DNA of 64,000 nucleotides from the human T2T-CHM13v2.0 reference genome, Homo sapiens: the NCBI RefSeq assembly GCF_009914755.1, contig NC_060932.1; one strand, written 5' to 3'. The position numbers and the translations under genes are program-made. The stretch's first letter is position 1. Each line of letters begins with the position of its first letter. Positions 42,661 to 59,346 of the stretch are shown here, piece by piece. Under the pieces are notes generated by a model. The model had not been told where the DNA came from and did not search any database. It saw only the letters and a program-made list of their open reading frames with translations.

Positions 42661-44393
42661 ATTTGTTTATGTCAATTTCTTACTTGTGATAATTCCTCAT
42701 GCCCTTCCCTTTCTTTTTCACTCAAAGTTGTTACTATCAATAAAACAAATTAGTGCTTCCCCACTTGGCTGATCCTGAGTTGTTGTTTCTGGGTTGTGAC
42801 AGGATGGCAGGGTACATATATGTGGGTTAGAGGGCAGTGGGAATTAGAGAAAGTGATAACTCAGAAGTTGACACTCAAAAGAAGACATGAAATGTGTACA
42901 CACCTACTCACTGCAATATCTCCTTCCTTCCTTTGCCGCACCCTGACAACCACCACCCCTCTACCCTAGTCTCTGAATAGGGATTTCAGTCATTTTTTAA
43001 TACTCAAGATATTTCTTCCTATTCATTTTACAAGGGTGATAGCATTGAGTGGAGGAAGGCAGGAGAAAGAGAAGGAAGGAATAACAGCCTTTTTCTTTTT
43101 CCTTGGTCAGAACATTCTCCAGCAATTGAAATTCTATCCACCCACCAATGCTCAATTCAAATCCAACCTCTGCAGTGAAATCTTTGTTGTGTACCCTGGT
43201 CCTCAAGACTTTTTTTCTCAACAGCTCTTCTGTCATATTTTCTTTACCCTATGACACATTTTACACTTGCCTACTAGTTCTTTTTAAATATACTTCTGTC
43301 TTCTCTCCCATGGATGATAGATTGTTACTTCTCAAGGACCAGGAAGATGGCTTACTCATTTTTGTTTTTCCCCTGAATCTGGCACTGGGCTTTCACATAA
43401 TAAATAATCAGTACAAATTTGCCATCTTATTGATGAACCAATTAAATGATATTTACCCTTTCTTACCTGCATTGTCTCCTTGGGTCCTCAGAGTAACCCT
43501 ATGTGGTAGGAATTCTTATTTTTACTTTCAGTTGCAGAAATTAAAACTAAAGTCCAAAATTGGGGAGAACAATATTCTAACTCAGATCAGTCTGACTCCA
43601 ATGCCCAGAGATTTTTACTAACTTAATCAGTTCTCTATTGGACTCAATTATAATCAGCAGAAATGGGATGAAGTCAAATGCAACATGGTATTGTTAGTAA
43701 CCAAGGGGATAAAATGCAACAGGAACTCAAGCTCAGTTCATTTGCCACTGATTTCAGCTTCTATGACAACAGGAATTCTTCATCTCTTTCTGTTGTTATC
43801 CATCTCTAAATGCCCAGGTGTTGCACATGTTTTCAATTACTTGTGATAGTCCAGATAAATGAAATCCCCTGGAATGTGAAATTTCATGGAGATGGTATCT
43901 TTAGTCATTCCCTTCAATTTTTTCCTTTACCAATTATTTCAAAGCAATTATGATTATATCTATTAGACATGGCAGAATGGTCCTGTGTATGGAATCAGGC
44001 AGGAGACTGGGAGTTCCTTATTTAGACCCAGCTCTGCCACTGATTTGCTGAGGCATCTCAGTTTCTCATTTTGTTTAAAATTTTAAAAAATACTGATAAT
44101 CATATAAAAAGAGCTGACATTTATTCTTGCCAGGTACTGAGTTAAACCTTTATATGCACTATATCATTTAATTCTAGCAATCATCTCAGAAATGCTATTA
44201 CAAGCTCCATTTTTAGGATGAGAAAACTCAGAGGTCAAGTCATTTGTCCGCTTATACTTATCTCCCCCAGAGATGTAGACAGAATATGTAATAATATTAA
44301 ATGAAAGGACTTAGAAATACTTTGGAGAATATTATCATGACTTATGGATATTCTTCCTTGATGAAACAAACATATTAAACTTTCTTTTAATAG

Positions 44394-44448
44394 ATCAAAA
44401 CTGTTGACTAAGATCCATGATGGGGAGGTCAGATCCCAAAATTATCAA
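44394..44448 (+). CDS. FER1L6: FER1L6 coding exon 3 (SKLLTKIHDGEVRSQNYQ), 55 nt, phase 2->0
   Basis: Acceptor tttcttttaatag|A, donor CAA|gtaagt; frame continuous. Confidence 0.92.
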
Positions 44449-44452
44449 GTAA

Positions 44453-44710
<258 letters not shown>

Positions 44711-45187
44711 TAAGATTCTCTTCACCACCATTCTGCAGGATCCTTCAGTCAAACAAAGAGCTGTGCCCCTCCTGCCTCCCTCCCTGGCCCCCAGTTAAGC
44801 CCATGGCAAACTGATTCTTCTTACAAACACAGCCCCCTAAAGCTTTTCACAAAAGGGTAGTGGAAAAGAGAGGCGAGGAATTCCTCCTGATTTTAAATTC
44901 ACTGCTACGTTTTCAACATACGTTTTCTTATTTATTATCAGCTCATTTTCATCCATTATAAGCCCTGGGTTTATAGTCAATAAATTGATTGAATGTCGGT
45001 TAGGGAGAAGATACATATTCTTCTTCCTGGCAGAGACATTGGAAACTTAATTATTGTTTTTGAAACAGGCATACTACCTTGGAAAGTAAAAGTTACATTT
45101 TTCTAAGCTGTGTAGAAATTGTAAAGAAAAATCTCAGATTTCTAAATATCGTACATGCTAAATTCTCTTTTTAAAATAAAAATATTG

Positions 45188-45576
<389 letters not shown>

Positions 45577-46062
45577 CTAGTCCTCTCCCTGGAAGCATTC
45601 ACTCTCACTAGGCATTTGCGTATCCTTCCAGAGATATTCCAAACATGTACCAGAATACAAGGAAATATTGTACCCAAATGGTAGCATTCTATACACACTG
45701 TTCTGGACTCTTCACAAAACAATGTATCTTGAAAATAAATCCCTGTGGGAGGTACAGCTCATTCCCATTTTGCCTTCCTGGCTGAAGAGTTTTTCATTGC
45801 CTTGATATGCCATAATATACTAAACCAGTCAGTCTCTCATGAATGAACATGAAATGCTTTTAACCTTTTGCTACTACTTATAATAGTATAACTGGGTCAC
45901 AAGGTATATGCATTTAAAATTTCCATGTCGCTAATTGCCTTCCAAAGAGGTAACAATTTATACTCAAATGAACAGTGCACAGGAGCATTTGCTTACTTGT
46001 AGGCTCTTTGACACAATGAATTATTTCAAAAAATTCAGGGCACTCTTAATTCTTATTATCTT

Positions 46063-46368
<306 letters not shown>

Positions 46369-48043
46369 TTAATGAGAATGGTCATTTAAAAGGAAGGTAG
46401 GGAGAGCATGGATAATGAAATCAACAGAAAATACCCAAATCCCATTGGAGCTAATGACTCCTTTCCTCTTCATCATTTCTGCCTCTGCGCCTCTGACTAT
46501 AAATGAAATGTCAGTACATTTTCCCTTCTTGTTCCACGCTCTACCCCCAGAAGAGCTTTTGGCATGGATGTAATATGAGATAATATATGAAAATGCTTTA
46601 AAACTGCAAAGCTCTACAGATTTATTAATTATAATAATTATGCATACAAGTCCTGGATCTAAATGACGTTAAACTGGGCCCAAGTGTAACCGGTAGAAAA
46701 ATCACATAGAAACACAAAAGTTGATCTAAAAACCTTTGTTACAACTCTTGACCTAAATATTCAAGCCTAAAGTTCATCAGATGCTGAAGGAACCCATTAG
46801 TTGGAGCTGGGGAATATTTCCCAGCTAGAAGAATATGTGTTGGCCAGGAGGTCTCGGAAGCCTATGTGAGGCAGTTGAGTCTGAAACATATGAAACCCAT
46901 CAGAAGGTAATAAATATTGCAACTCATTTGTCCATCCAAAGGAAGCCACAGCATCTGGTGTATTCAGAGAATGAAGAATGTTGTGTAAGTGAATTTTCCA
47001 CATAAATTTTGAACACCAGGACTCTGAAAAAGTTTAAGCATATATATGAGAAATTTCCTGAAATGTTGTATGTATTGTCTTGTCTTCTTAAACAGAAGAC
47101 ACTGAACAGAATGGAATCTTTGGTTGATCTCTAAGGACCACCATTTTGAGGATCTCTTATAATGTATGATGACATTTTTCGGTTCCCACATTTTGCTTTT
47201 TCTGTTTTGCCCTTTGAAAGCAGGCCATCGTCATTTGGTCAGTTCCTCCTTTCTTACTGTGGCTGTGTCCATCTCTAAGGGGCCATTCTTCCACTCTACA
47301 GCTCAAAAAAGAAAATCCAGGAAACAGCTTCCCAGGCCTGCCTTCCTGGTCCCCCTCAGTTCCCAAAACACACAAACCAGGACAAAACACCACTTCAGTT
47401 TTCTGCATCTTATAGTCTTACAACCTTGAGTTTGGGAGGATCTTGACTCAAGAGTCAGATGGTGAAATATCTAGTACTTGATCCCCTTGTGTGATAATGT
47501 CAAGAGAACTAAGGTTTGGTCCCAGACCCAACAATAACTACCAATAGGAATCTGGGTAGCATCTTTTAAATTCTTTAGTCTTCAGTCTTATCTGTAAAAC
47601 ATGGGACTGGTCTAGATAATTTCTCCAACTCCAAAATTCAATCATGTTCTTAATATTAAAAATCCTCATGTCCATAGATTTTTGTATTCTCTCCCTGGTA
47701 AATCCTGGTAATTTCACAGGGATGTTTGAAACTGAAAAATCCTGGGAAAAGTAGATTTTAGTCAAGTCCACTCCAATTTAAAACCATACTGAAGTACCAT
47801 TTTCACTCATAATTATAAATTAAAAAATGACACTATCGAGGGTTGATAAGATTATAGAGAGATGGCTATTTTCATGTTGCCAGTGAGAATATAAAATTCC
47901 CATTTGGGGAAAAAATTTATACTATCTATTCAAAAGTTATATGCACTTAATCTATGACTTGACAATTCCATTTCTCATGTTCATTTTGGAGGATTACTGA
48001 CACATATCCTATGCAAGAATGTGATTGATAGCATTGTTTTCAT

Positions 48044-48272
48044 TTGAGACCAGCCTGGGCAACATAGTGAGAACCTGTCTCTACAAAAAATTTAAAAAAA
48101 AAATTATCCAGGTGTGGTGGTATAGGCCTGTAGTCCCAGCTACTCAGGAGGCTGAGATGGGAGGATTACTTGAGCCCTGGGAGGTTGAGGCTGCAGTGAG
48201 CCCTAATTGTGCCACTGCACTCCAACCTAGCCGACAGAACAAAACCCTGTCTCCAAAAAAAAAAAAAAAAAA
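48044..48272 (+). mobile_element. 5'-truncated Alu (J-type)
   Basis: Starts tttgagaccagcctgggcaac, ends poly(A), ~150 nt before coding exon 5. Confidence 0.9.
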
Positions 48273-48349
48273 AGAGAATTGACAATTGACAATCAATTGA
48301 TGATGTATATATATTCATGCAGCAGTTGGTTTGAATGACAAAGATCTAA

Positions 48350-48607
<258 letters not shown>

Positions 48608-51600
48608 TGAGTCTAACCAACAGGCAGAACTTGAAATCACCAGTATGGAGGTGTCTGGGAAGAAAAACCACTTTAAGAAGATCTATGCTTCTTGGAAGCA
48701 AGTGGTAAGCTATGGTAAAGCTATTACTGATTGAATCATGTAGCTTACTAGTGTGGGAATGTGAGACACGTGCTTCAAGTGACATCTTAATGCATTGTCA
48801 GTTTTAGTTTGTTTTTTTTTAAATCAGGCAAATGTAGGTGTTTCTTTCTTGGGCTGGTATCTACACTAATGATCATTAATCACATCTCCTCCTCCTAGTT
48901 GGGTAATGAATAAAGAAATAGGAACAAGTACCAGGAAAAAAGTGTCAGTCTCATCAATGGTAATGTTGGATCAGAGGATGTGATTTGGACTAAGTGGTGG
49001 CCATTGGGATTTTCAAAAGTTGCCTCTGAGTGTAGACCTCAGGACCTGCCCTTGGGAAATTGAGTCTGCTGCATAGACTCTTCCTCAGCTCTGCCAGGGG
49101 AAGTGCAGATACAGAGCTTCCTGATCTAAGGGCCCAATCCAACTTTGCCCACTACATGGAGGACAGGAATGGGAAGGGGAAGTGCCCATGTTGAAGCCAG
49201 ACTGATCCAAATGAGAGAGAAGTCAGGCCAAATGGGATTGTTACAAACTTTGCACCATTCAGCAAAGGGACAGAGACCAATGGATGACATACTGCATCTA
49301 CCTTACCAGCGTGACAGATCACCACAGCTTCTCCCAAGGTGGTGAAGGATGGCTGGAGAGTAAGTTTCTCTCTTCCAAACAGTTCTAAGAGGATACAGTT
49401 CCTACTTCATGTGTCAGTGTAGGAAGTCTGGAGAATAAGGGAATGATTTCTTCAACAGTCAGCTGTAATCAGAATTGTGAGGATGACAAAACTTGTTTTG
49501 AAGATTTTCTTCCCTGTCTTTATCACTGACTCAATATAATATCTAAACAGATATATAAAATATGTTCCCTTTAACTACAGCTGACTGTCAGCAAAGTCCT
49601 GCATTATGGCCTAGGTAAATAGTGGAATTATGACATTAACCTTCCCAGGAGACTTGAAGAATGTGACTCTTGAAGAATGAGAAGTCACCCAGAGACAAAC
49701 AATCTTAAGGTTTGAATTTCAGGCATGATGACAAGTGGTGCAGGTGATATTTCAGGACCTGGGACAATGCCCAGGACTTTGTTCCATTGCTCAGGCAACC
49801 ATCTGTTTATGGAATCAGCTCCATAGGAGGCTTCTAAGGATTGTCTGATGAACAGTTAATCACTAGATTTTTATATTGTGCCATAGACCAGGGTCAGGAC
49901 TGTTTGTGGGACATGTGGACTTCTAGACAGAGGATCAAAGCTACCATTGCCTATCTCTGTTTCTCTAACTTCGAAGAAGAGAAGACTTTAGTGTCCCTAA
50001 AAGACTCTTAGAGACAAAAGATTTTAAAATAAAATCTTCCCTTGAGAGGGGAATGTTTAACACAACTTTTCTGTTAGTCCATGAACTGAAAGTCAGTATG
50101 CCCAGAATATATACGACATGGGATAAGAAGTGGGGGACTGCTGTAAGCAGATGCTATTGGGACAGCCAGCCTGTAACACACCCTGGTGGTGCCAAAGACA
50201 GTCTTCCCTTCTCAGTGGCCAAGGCATGCAGGGCTCCCAGTACTCTGTGTGTGAGACATCCCCAGAGTCCTGGTGATTTAACACTTGACCACACCAGGAT
50301 TGCCTGGCACTCAACCACTGGATGGATGACTTTAAGAGGCATCCTGTGTTATTTAAAGATTTGTTTGGGGCTCTTGCATTTCATCTTGCCCACAGGGACT
50401 CTCAACCTGAGAAGAGAACTTGAAACTGGCTTGTGTTCTTTCTCAGGCCTTTGGAAAAACACATGAGCAACTGCAAGCATGTTGGATTTTGGAGTGAACA
50501 TTATGTGAGCATCCTTCTGTAGCTTCTCTACTTGAGTCAGGCTGCCTGTACTTCACCTTGGTTCTCTGACACCCATGGAAAATTTAGGTTAGGGAGAGAG
50601 AGTGGAAAGAGAAATGAGGAGGGCTGTCATTTCTTGAGGTCAACTGAATTTCTTTTGCTTCGCAAAAAGGAGCTGTTTAGAAGCTGCAAAAGCCTTCCGT
50701 TCATCTGTCATTCGATTAGTCATTCATTAATTCACTGAATGTTTATTGAATATCTATTGTGAACAAGGCCATGTGATGGGTGGATGACAGGAGGAAACTG
50801 TCCTTGACTTAAGGAACTTACAGGATTTTATAGTTAGAAGGAAGCTCAGAGGACATCTTGTATAACTTCCAACTGGTGCCAGAATCCTTCTCCTCTTCCT
50901 TTACTACGTGGAGTTCTTGGGGGCATAACTTGATTATTTGCAGTGATAGGGAGGTCGCTACCTCTAGGAAAGCTCATTCCATTGCTGGGAAGTTCTGACA
51001 GTTATAAACATTGTTCTTATATTGAGTGGAAATCTCTCATCCTGTTATTTGGGAACCATAGAGGGGGACTTGCTCTCTCTTCTGCATGACAGCATTTACA
51101 TGATTTAAAGACACTTCAGTTGCCATTGCCCTTTCTCCACACCTGCCAGTTTTCTCTTTTATGGGTGACAGATTGAACTTTTCTCCTGGTTCTTCAGCAG
51201 TTTCTCATACGTTGTGGCTTTTCAACCTGGCACCAGCTCTGCACCTTCCTTTAGAACTTCCTCATCTTGAGAGCATTAGCATGAAAATGGGCTGCTGTAA
51301 CCAAGCCAGGCCCTCTGCTGGCCCTGATCAGACAGAATATTGAGGGTGATTACCTCCTTTGTTCTCACCGTTGTACATGCCTAAAATGATTCAAGGCAAT
51401 ATGTGATGAGTTCTCTGAGAAAGTTGTGAGCAAAGTTGCAGGAGTTTAGCGGAGAAAAGGAACACTTTCAGTTTGGGGGGACTGAATGGCGGAGGTGACT
51501 TATGTTCTAGGTATTGAAAGATAGGGAAAATTTCAGCAGGAAGAGATGGGTGTTGAAGGGTGAGCTGTACTCAGATTTATTTTGGTTAAAGGAAGCTTGC

Positions 51601-51787
51601 AGGCACTGAGAGTTGACAGGCATCCTTCTATGGAAGATTAGCTAAAATCCTGCTAAGAGCAAGAAATGAAGGTGTTGAGGGGCTTCTGGAGGTCCTTTAC
51701 AGCCTTGTGGTTTGATGGCCAAACTCCACTGTGCTCCAGACAGGGTCAAAGCTAGACAAGGGTCAAGGCCTCTTATCCTCAAGGTAA

Positions 51788-51985
<198 letters not shown>

Positions 51986-52740
51986 TGACCATTCATTCAA
52001 TAACACTGAGCACCAGTTATACAAAGTTGAATGAGACATAACTCTTGCCCTCAAATGTTTTACAGTCTAATGATAAAATTATTTTATATGTCTACTTCTG
52101 GGGAGTTTTTTTTCTCACACAAATTCTGTCCAGTCGAGATATGGACAGGAGAGGCAATGGAATATAGGAACTAAGAATACAGACTCTGGAGTCAGATTGC
52201 CTGGGTTCGAATCCCACTCTATGTCCTAGCTGTGCAACCTTGGGCAAATGACTTAACTTCTCTGGGCCTCAGTTTCCTCATCTGTAGAAATGAAGATAAC
52301 TTACTACTTCCTTCATAGGTTTGTTGGAGGATTGAGTAAGTTAATATACACAAAATGCTTAGTAAAGAGTCTCACTCATAAAAATGACTACAGCATTTTG
52401 TATCCTTATACAAAGGATTTGCTGTACTTATTATTATCCCTGATTTGTAGGAAAGAGAAACTCAGAAAAGCAACGTAATTTGTTCAAGGTCAAGAGCAAG
52501 TAAGTAAAAGAGCCAGCACAGATCTTTTTATGAAAGGCCCCCTATCTTCAACAGGGATTCCAACTCCTGTGACTGTGGGGGCCAGACAGGGAGCATAGCT
52601 GCGTGCAGCAGCCTGAGTGTGAGGCATAAAGGAACAGTGGAGTCTGGGAAAGGAGACAGGAAGGCTTGTGCTCCATATACAAGGGCAGTGGCTATTCAGT
52701 GCCTTTGGTATTTACTGCCATGTAGAAATGTGAAGCCATT

Positions 52741-53070
52741 GGCCAGGTGCAGTGGCTCACACCTGTAATCCTGGCACTTTGAGAGGTCGAGGTGGGTGGA
52801 TCACTTGAGGTCAGGAGTTCAAGACCAGCCTGGCCAATATGGTGAAGCCCCATCTCTACTAAAAATACAAAAATTAGCTGGGCGTGATGGTGCACACCTG
52901 TAGTCCCAGCTACTTGGAAGGCTGTGGCAGGAGAATGGCTTGAACAAGGGAGGCAGAGGTTGCAGTGAGCTAAGATCATGCCATTGCTCTCCAGCTTGGG
53001 CATTACCATTGCTCTCCAGCCAGGCATCACAGCGAGACTCTGTCTCAAAAAAAAAAAAAAAAAAAAAAAA
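52741..53070 (+). mobile_element. Alu (S-type) within a MER45-like DNA transposon relic (~52550-53210)
   Basis: TSD agaaatgtgaagcca on both sides; small internal duplication of ccattgctctccagc near 52981-53020. Confidence 0.92.
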
Positions 53071-53413
53071 GAAATGTGAAGCCAGTATTGCCAGAATTTA
53101 CCATTTTTAAAGAAAAGCCGGAAGTCTAGATTATGTAAGCCATCTTGGAAGTTTTGACTCACAGTGAGGCCAAACAAAAAGACCAAGGAGCCAGGTTTAT
53201 GTCCTGTGGGTAAATAATACGTATGTGACTTCTACACTTCATTAATGTCCCCCTATTCCATCAAAGATGGAACCTTGTCTCAGTGATTTCTACTAAGTCA
53301 ATGGCTTCCCAAGAATCTATGGTAAATTGGGGGAAAAGATGGAGAACTGGTAGGAAGCAAAGGGAGAGGAGGGAAAGGAAGAGGGAAGCAGCATGAGGTT
53401 TGGAAAAAACTGA

Positions 53414-53695
<282 letters not shown>

Positions 53696-54250
53696 TAAGA
53701 CAGGTCCATCCTGGGTTGTGCATAGAAATGATATGTCCAATTTTAATCTCTTTCCCCTCCCTCACCACTTTTCTTATGGGTACATGAGAACCATGCTTCT
53801 TCTCAGCTTGGTCACCTGGCATTCTGCTCTATCAGACACCAAGATGTGTCCTATTAAGGTATGACTCTCCTTCACGAGGTCAGGTTCTAGGACAAGAACT
53901 GTCTGTCTTCCTATAATAACCCATAATAGATAAGCTATTCCTAAGCTTATCCAATTTTTCTGAATGTAGCTGAGTTTTCTTTGAAGGAATTATAATTTCA
54001 ATCACTGGTTTGTGATGTGGGAAGACTTAAATGCACCTCTTTTAAGGTTCAGAGTGGGAGACAGTATTTATCCTATCCTAGGACCTGAACGAGTTTGCAT
54101 TCACTCTATTCATACCATTCTCTGTCATTTACACTATAAAGAAAACTCATTTCAGCAATGAATCTTACTCTTTTCAGATTTGTCTTATATTGGGATCTTT
54201 CTTTCTGCCTCCAAATTGCTCCTGTCTTTTCTCTCTGTTTCTTCAATTGA

Positions 54251-54490
<240 letters not shown>

Positions 54491-54606
54491 TAACACTGCC
54501 TGCTAGGCCAGGGCCCTGCTCTCTATCCAAGATATGTTTAATCAAATCAAATTAATAAAAATTAGGAAGTGCCTTGAAAGCAAAAGCTTGTTACAAAAAG
54601 GCAATG

Positions 54607-54911
54607 GGGCCAGGCGAGGTGGCTCACACCTGTAATCCCAGCACTTTGGCAGGCTGAGGTGGTGAATCACTTGAGGCCAGGAGCTCAAGACCAGCCTGGC
54701 CAACATGGCAAAACCCTGTCTCAACTAAAAACACACAAAAAATTAGCTGGGCGTGGGCGTGGTGGTGCACCCCTGTAATCCCAGCTACTGGGTGGCTAAG
54801 GCATAAGAATTGCTTGAACTTGAGAGGCGGAGGTTGCAGTGAGCAGAGATTGTACCACTGTGCTCCAGCCTGGGTGACAGAGCAAGACTCTGTCTTTAAA
54901 AAAAAAAAAAA
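54607..54911 (+). mobile_element. Alu
   Basis: Full Alu with TSD-like aaaaggcaa(t/c)ggg. Confidence 0.93.
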
Positions 54912-55083
54912 GAAAAGGCAACGGGATGTGGCAGGGAAATAGGGGAGGGTTACTCACTCACTCTTCATTGGAGAAAATGGAAAGGAGCTATGCGTGGATT
55001 GTGGTTTAGGATACAGGCAGACAGGCATCCTTCCTCACCCCTGGCTACTTCTCTGAGCTGTTTATTCAGTCCCCACATCCGGT

Positions 55084-55197
55084 AGAATTTCCACCCACCT
55101 CCTGACCTGTTCCACAATCTCCCCAGGTAGTCCTTGTCTTAGAATTTCCATCCACCTCCTGACCTGTTCCACAATCTCCTCAGTTAGTCCTTGTCTT
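55084..55197. repeat. 57-bp tandem duplication (2 copies, 3 mismatches)
   Basis: agaatttcca(c/t)ccacctcctgacctgttccacaatctcc(c/t)cag(g/t)tagtccttgtctt at 55084-55140 and 55141-55197. Confidence 0.95.
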
Positions 55198-55804
55198 ATG
55201 TAAGCCTGGACATCGCTTTTCCCTGCTCAGGAGCCATTGGAGGTGTCAGGGCCTGTGTACGTGGTCAGAGATTAACCCTGGTTGGCTGGATTTTGAAGCT
55301 TCAACTCACACACATGTTATCTCTGCCATTAAAATACAGAACTACCCTGATTGTGTCCCCTTGGCAGGGGTGAACACTGAAGTATTTTTGACTTGGGCTG
55401 AACTTGGAGATCATATAAGACATCACCTCCATTTTATGACAAGGAAATTGAGGTCCAGAGTGGAAGAGTGATTCACACAAGGTCATACTTCTACAAAATA
55501 TGAGCTCATGGTCTAACTACATCCACTGTATTTCTGGAGTTGCACAGAACTCCCATTCCCCAATATGCTGATCAGAACTTCCTGAGGGCGGGGCTGTGAT
55601 GTGACTTTGTCTCAGATACCTGGCACGGTGTCCAGCATAGAGCAGGTCATCAGTCACGTTCGCTGAGTGTAACTGATTTTCGTGGGTGTCAGAAGCAGGT
55701 TCATTATCTTTGAAAACTCACTTTATACTTCCAGCTGGCTTGAAGAGTTTTCTGTAGTCAGTCAGTCCCTTCCATGACTCATGTCCTCCTGGCTGTGTTT
55801 TTAG

Positions 55805-56014
<210 letters not shown>

Positions 56015-56079
56015 TGACTTGAAAAATGTCTCAAAATGCTTGCTTTAGAGCCCTCATCTTTAAAAGGGGTGGGCTAGAG

Positions 56080-56402
56080 CAGCAGTCCCCAGCCTTTCTG
56101 GCACCAGATACCAGTTTTATGGAAGACTATTTTTCCATGAATGGGTTGGGGGATGGTTTTGGGATGAAACTGTTCCACTTCAGATCATCGGGCATTAGTC
56201 TCCTCATAAGGAGCATGCAACCTAGGTCCTTCATATGTGCAGTTCATAGTATGGTTTGTACTCCTATGAGAATCTATTGCCACCGCTAATCTGACAGACG
56301 GAGCTAGGTGGTAATACTCACTTGCCTGCTGCTCATCTCTTGCGGCCCAGTTCCTAACAGGATGGGTACTGGTCCATGGCTCTGGGCGGTCAGGAGCCCC
56401 TG
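56080..56402. mobile_element. MER1B-like hAT-Charlie DNA transposon
   Basis: Starts cagcagtccccagcctttctggcacca, ends gagcccctg; 8-bp TSD ggctagag/ggttagag. Confidence 0.85.
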
Positions 56403-56762
56403 GGTTAGAGCACCTTCCAGGTATTAGGCACTTTCCATGCTACTGTAGGGTCTGTGGTTTGAGTTGGTTCAGGGCAATGGATGAAGCCAGGCTCTGGGAG
56501 CCAGGAGGTTTGCTCCTGGTCCCGGGTCTTCCACAAACACTGCTATGTGTCCTTGAGGAAGTCAGTCTTCCCATAATTGAAAAATGAGACATTTAGAGTA
56601 AATCAGAGATTGGTAAACTAAGGTCTATGGGCCAAATATGGCCTACTACATATTTTAGTATGGCCCATAAAATAAATGGTACCAACAAAAATTGTGTCTT
56701 CAACCCATTGGTGGGAGCCTGAGAGCGCAGGAATAGCAGCGAGGTGCACTGACTGTGCACAC

Positions 56763-57760
56763 TTTGAGCCAGGGTGGGAGCTGAGAGCTGGTGGATTAGC
56801 TCAGCTAATCCACTGAGCCAGCCAGGTGGAGGTCAGGTAAAAGAATTTCCACTCAGTTATATGGCTCTTTATTTGCAAAACCCAAATTAGTAGATAATTC
56901 TTTGAAAAACCCAACAAACCTTCCCTTCTTTAAATTCCCAGGCAATCTTTCTCTGTGCTACAAATTTATACTAATTGACATATTTTTTGCATACATACAT
57001 GCACATGCATGTGTATCTACATATAATCACACATACATATACATGTATGTACAAATATATACATTAATAAATATATCACATATCATCTGTATATGGTTAA
57101 TGTAATTATTTTAATTTTTTACTTGATTAGACTAAAGGCATGTCAAGAGCAGTAAACAAGATTTACACATTTTTATGTCCCTAACAGATACCATAGAGAG
57201 GCCTCAGTAAATAAATACCTTTGTCTAAATCTTTACATTATGGAAGTGTTTGCCACAAGATTGCTATATGCAGAAAGCACCCTCGGCCCATCTATACAAT
57301 ATCTCAGCTAGATGTAAACATGTTTTATTTACAACCTTTTAGGAACATCTTGATGGCATTCAGGAAGATATACATCAGTGATTTAAAATATAGACATCAG
57401 GACCATAAAATCTTTCTATCCTTTTCAATACAATATTCTTATATTTAAGTCTACTCAAGGAAGAGCTAGAATCCAGTCTATGGGAGTAGGGGATAGGAAA
57501 TGTGTAGGCATAAAACTATTGATAATAGTTTCCATACATGGAAACATCTAATTGTCAACACTGGGGGATTGTTAAGCAGATTATGATATATTTGCTTCTT
57601 CATAATAATAGCCTATATTCTTAGCACTTCCTAAGGGCCTGCGTGAAGCACTCAATTGATAGTTTCTTTTAATTTTGAGAAATAAAATGCCATCTACTGA
57701 GCGGAAATTCTTTTACCTGACCTCTGCCTGGCTGGCTCAGTGGATTAGCTGGGGCTCAAA
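56763..57760. mobile_element. ~1-kb element bounded by ~80-bp inverted repeats; probable non-autonomous DNA transposon, family not confirmed
   Basis: 56802-56880 is the reverse complement of 57673-57751 at about 90% identity; AT-rich interior. Confidence 0.65.
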
Positions 57761-58830
57761 ATTAAAGATGAGGCAGGTACTATTAACATCTCCCTTTTAG
57801 AGGTGAGGAAACTGAAACATGGGGAAGTTTAAAAACTGCCCAAGGTCACACAGCTTGAACATGACAGAGCTGAGATTTGAACTCAGGCCTCAGAGCCACC
57901 AGACTGTACTGCCTGTCATCGAGCTGTTGCCATAGCGATGTTCCCATAGACACTGCATTTTCTCAGACACTATGTATTAAGAAGTGAAAATACTTACATC
58001 AGCAGTAAGTTCAAATCATCAGGTCTTTTAAATTCTATGTTCAGAACATATCTTGAAACATTTACCTATGTCAGTCTCCACTACCTTCACCCTAGTTCAA
58101 GACGCTGGTCTTCAGTTTTGATGATGAAGTGGTCCTTGAACCAGTTAGCCTTCTAACCCTTCATGTAACAGCCATAGTGATCTTAAGACATATGATTATG
58201 TCACATCTTTGCTTAAATTCCTTTAAAACATTTCTGTAGTTTTTAGGATAAAGGCCAAAATTTTTATCAAGGCCCCAAGACCCACCTACCTCTTCAAACT
58301 CTCCCAGAGTTCATCTCTAGCTCCAGGCTCCTTTCTAACTGGCACATGCTCCTCCCTCTAGCCAGAACACACACTCTCTCTCTTCTCTGCCTGCCTAACT
58401 CCCCTCTATGTTACATCAGCCTGTTACTTTTTCTTGCAACACAAAGTGTATTTCCTCCATAGTGTTTGCACTGTAAATATTTATTTGCTTAATGTTTATA
58501 CCTGCTTTGTTCTCCAGCAGGCTCTGTTTAGTATCTAGCATTGTACCTGGCACTAAACATAAAGCCTACTGGAGAACATGGGGGAATCAATAAACATTTG
58601 ATGAATAAGTGAACAGAACAGAATGCAGATTGGCATTTATGGTATTAGTACAACTGTGAACAAGTGTAAACATGAATGCAAAAAAGACTAGAAGGAAATA
58701 TGGCAAGATGGCAATCGTTGTCTTTTGGTCATGGGATATCCTGTCAATATTTTCTTTCGTCTTTCTTGGATATTCTACATTTTGAAATGAATGTGTGCAA
58801 CTTTTATAAAGCAAAAACATAATGAGATAA

Positions 58831-59346
<516 letters not shown>

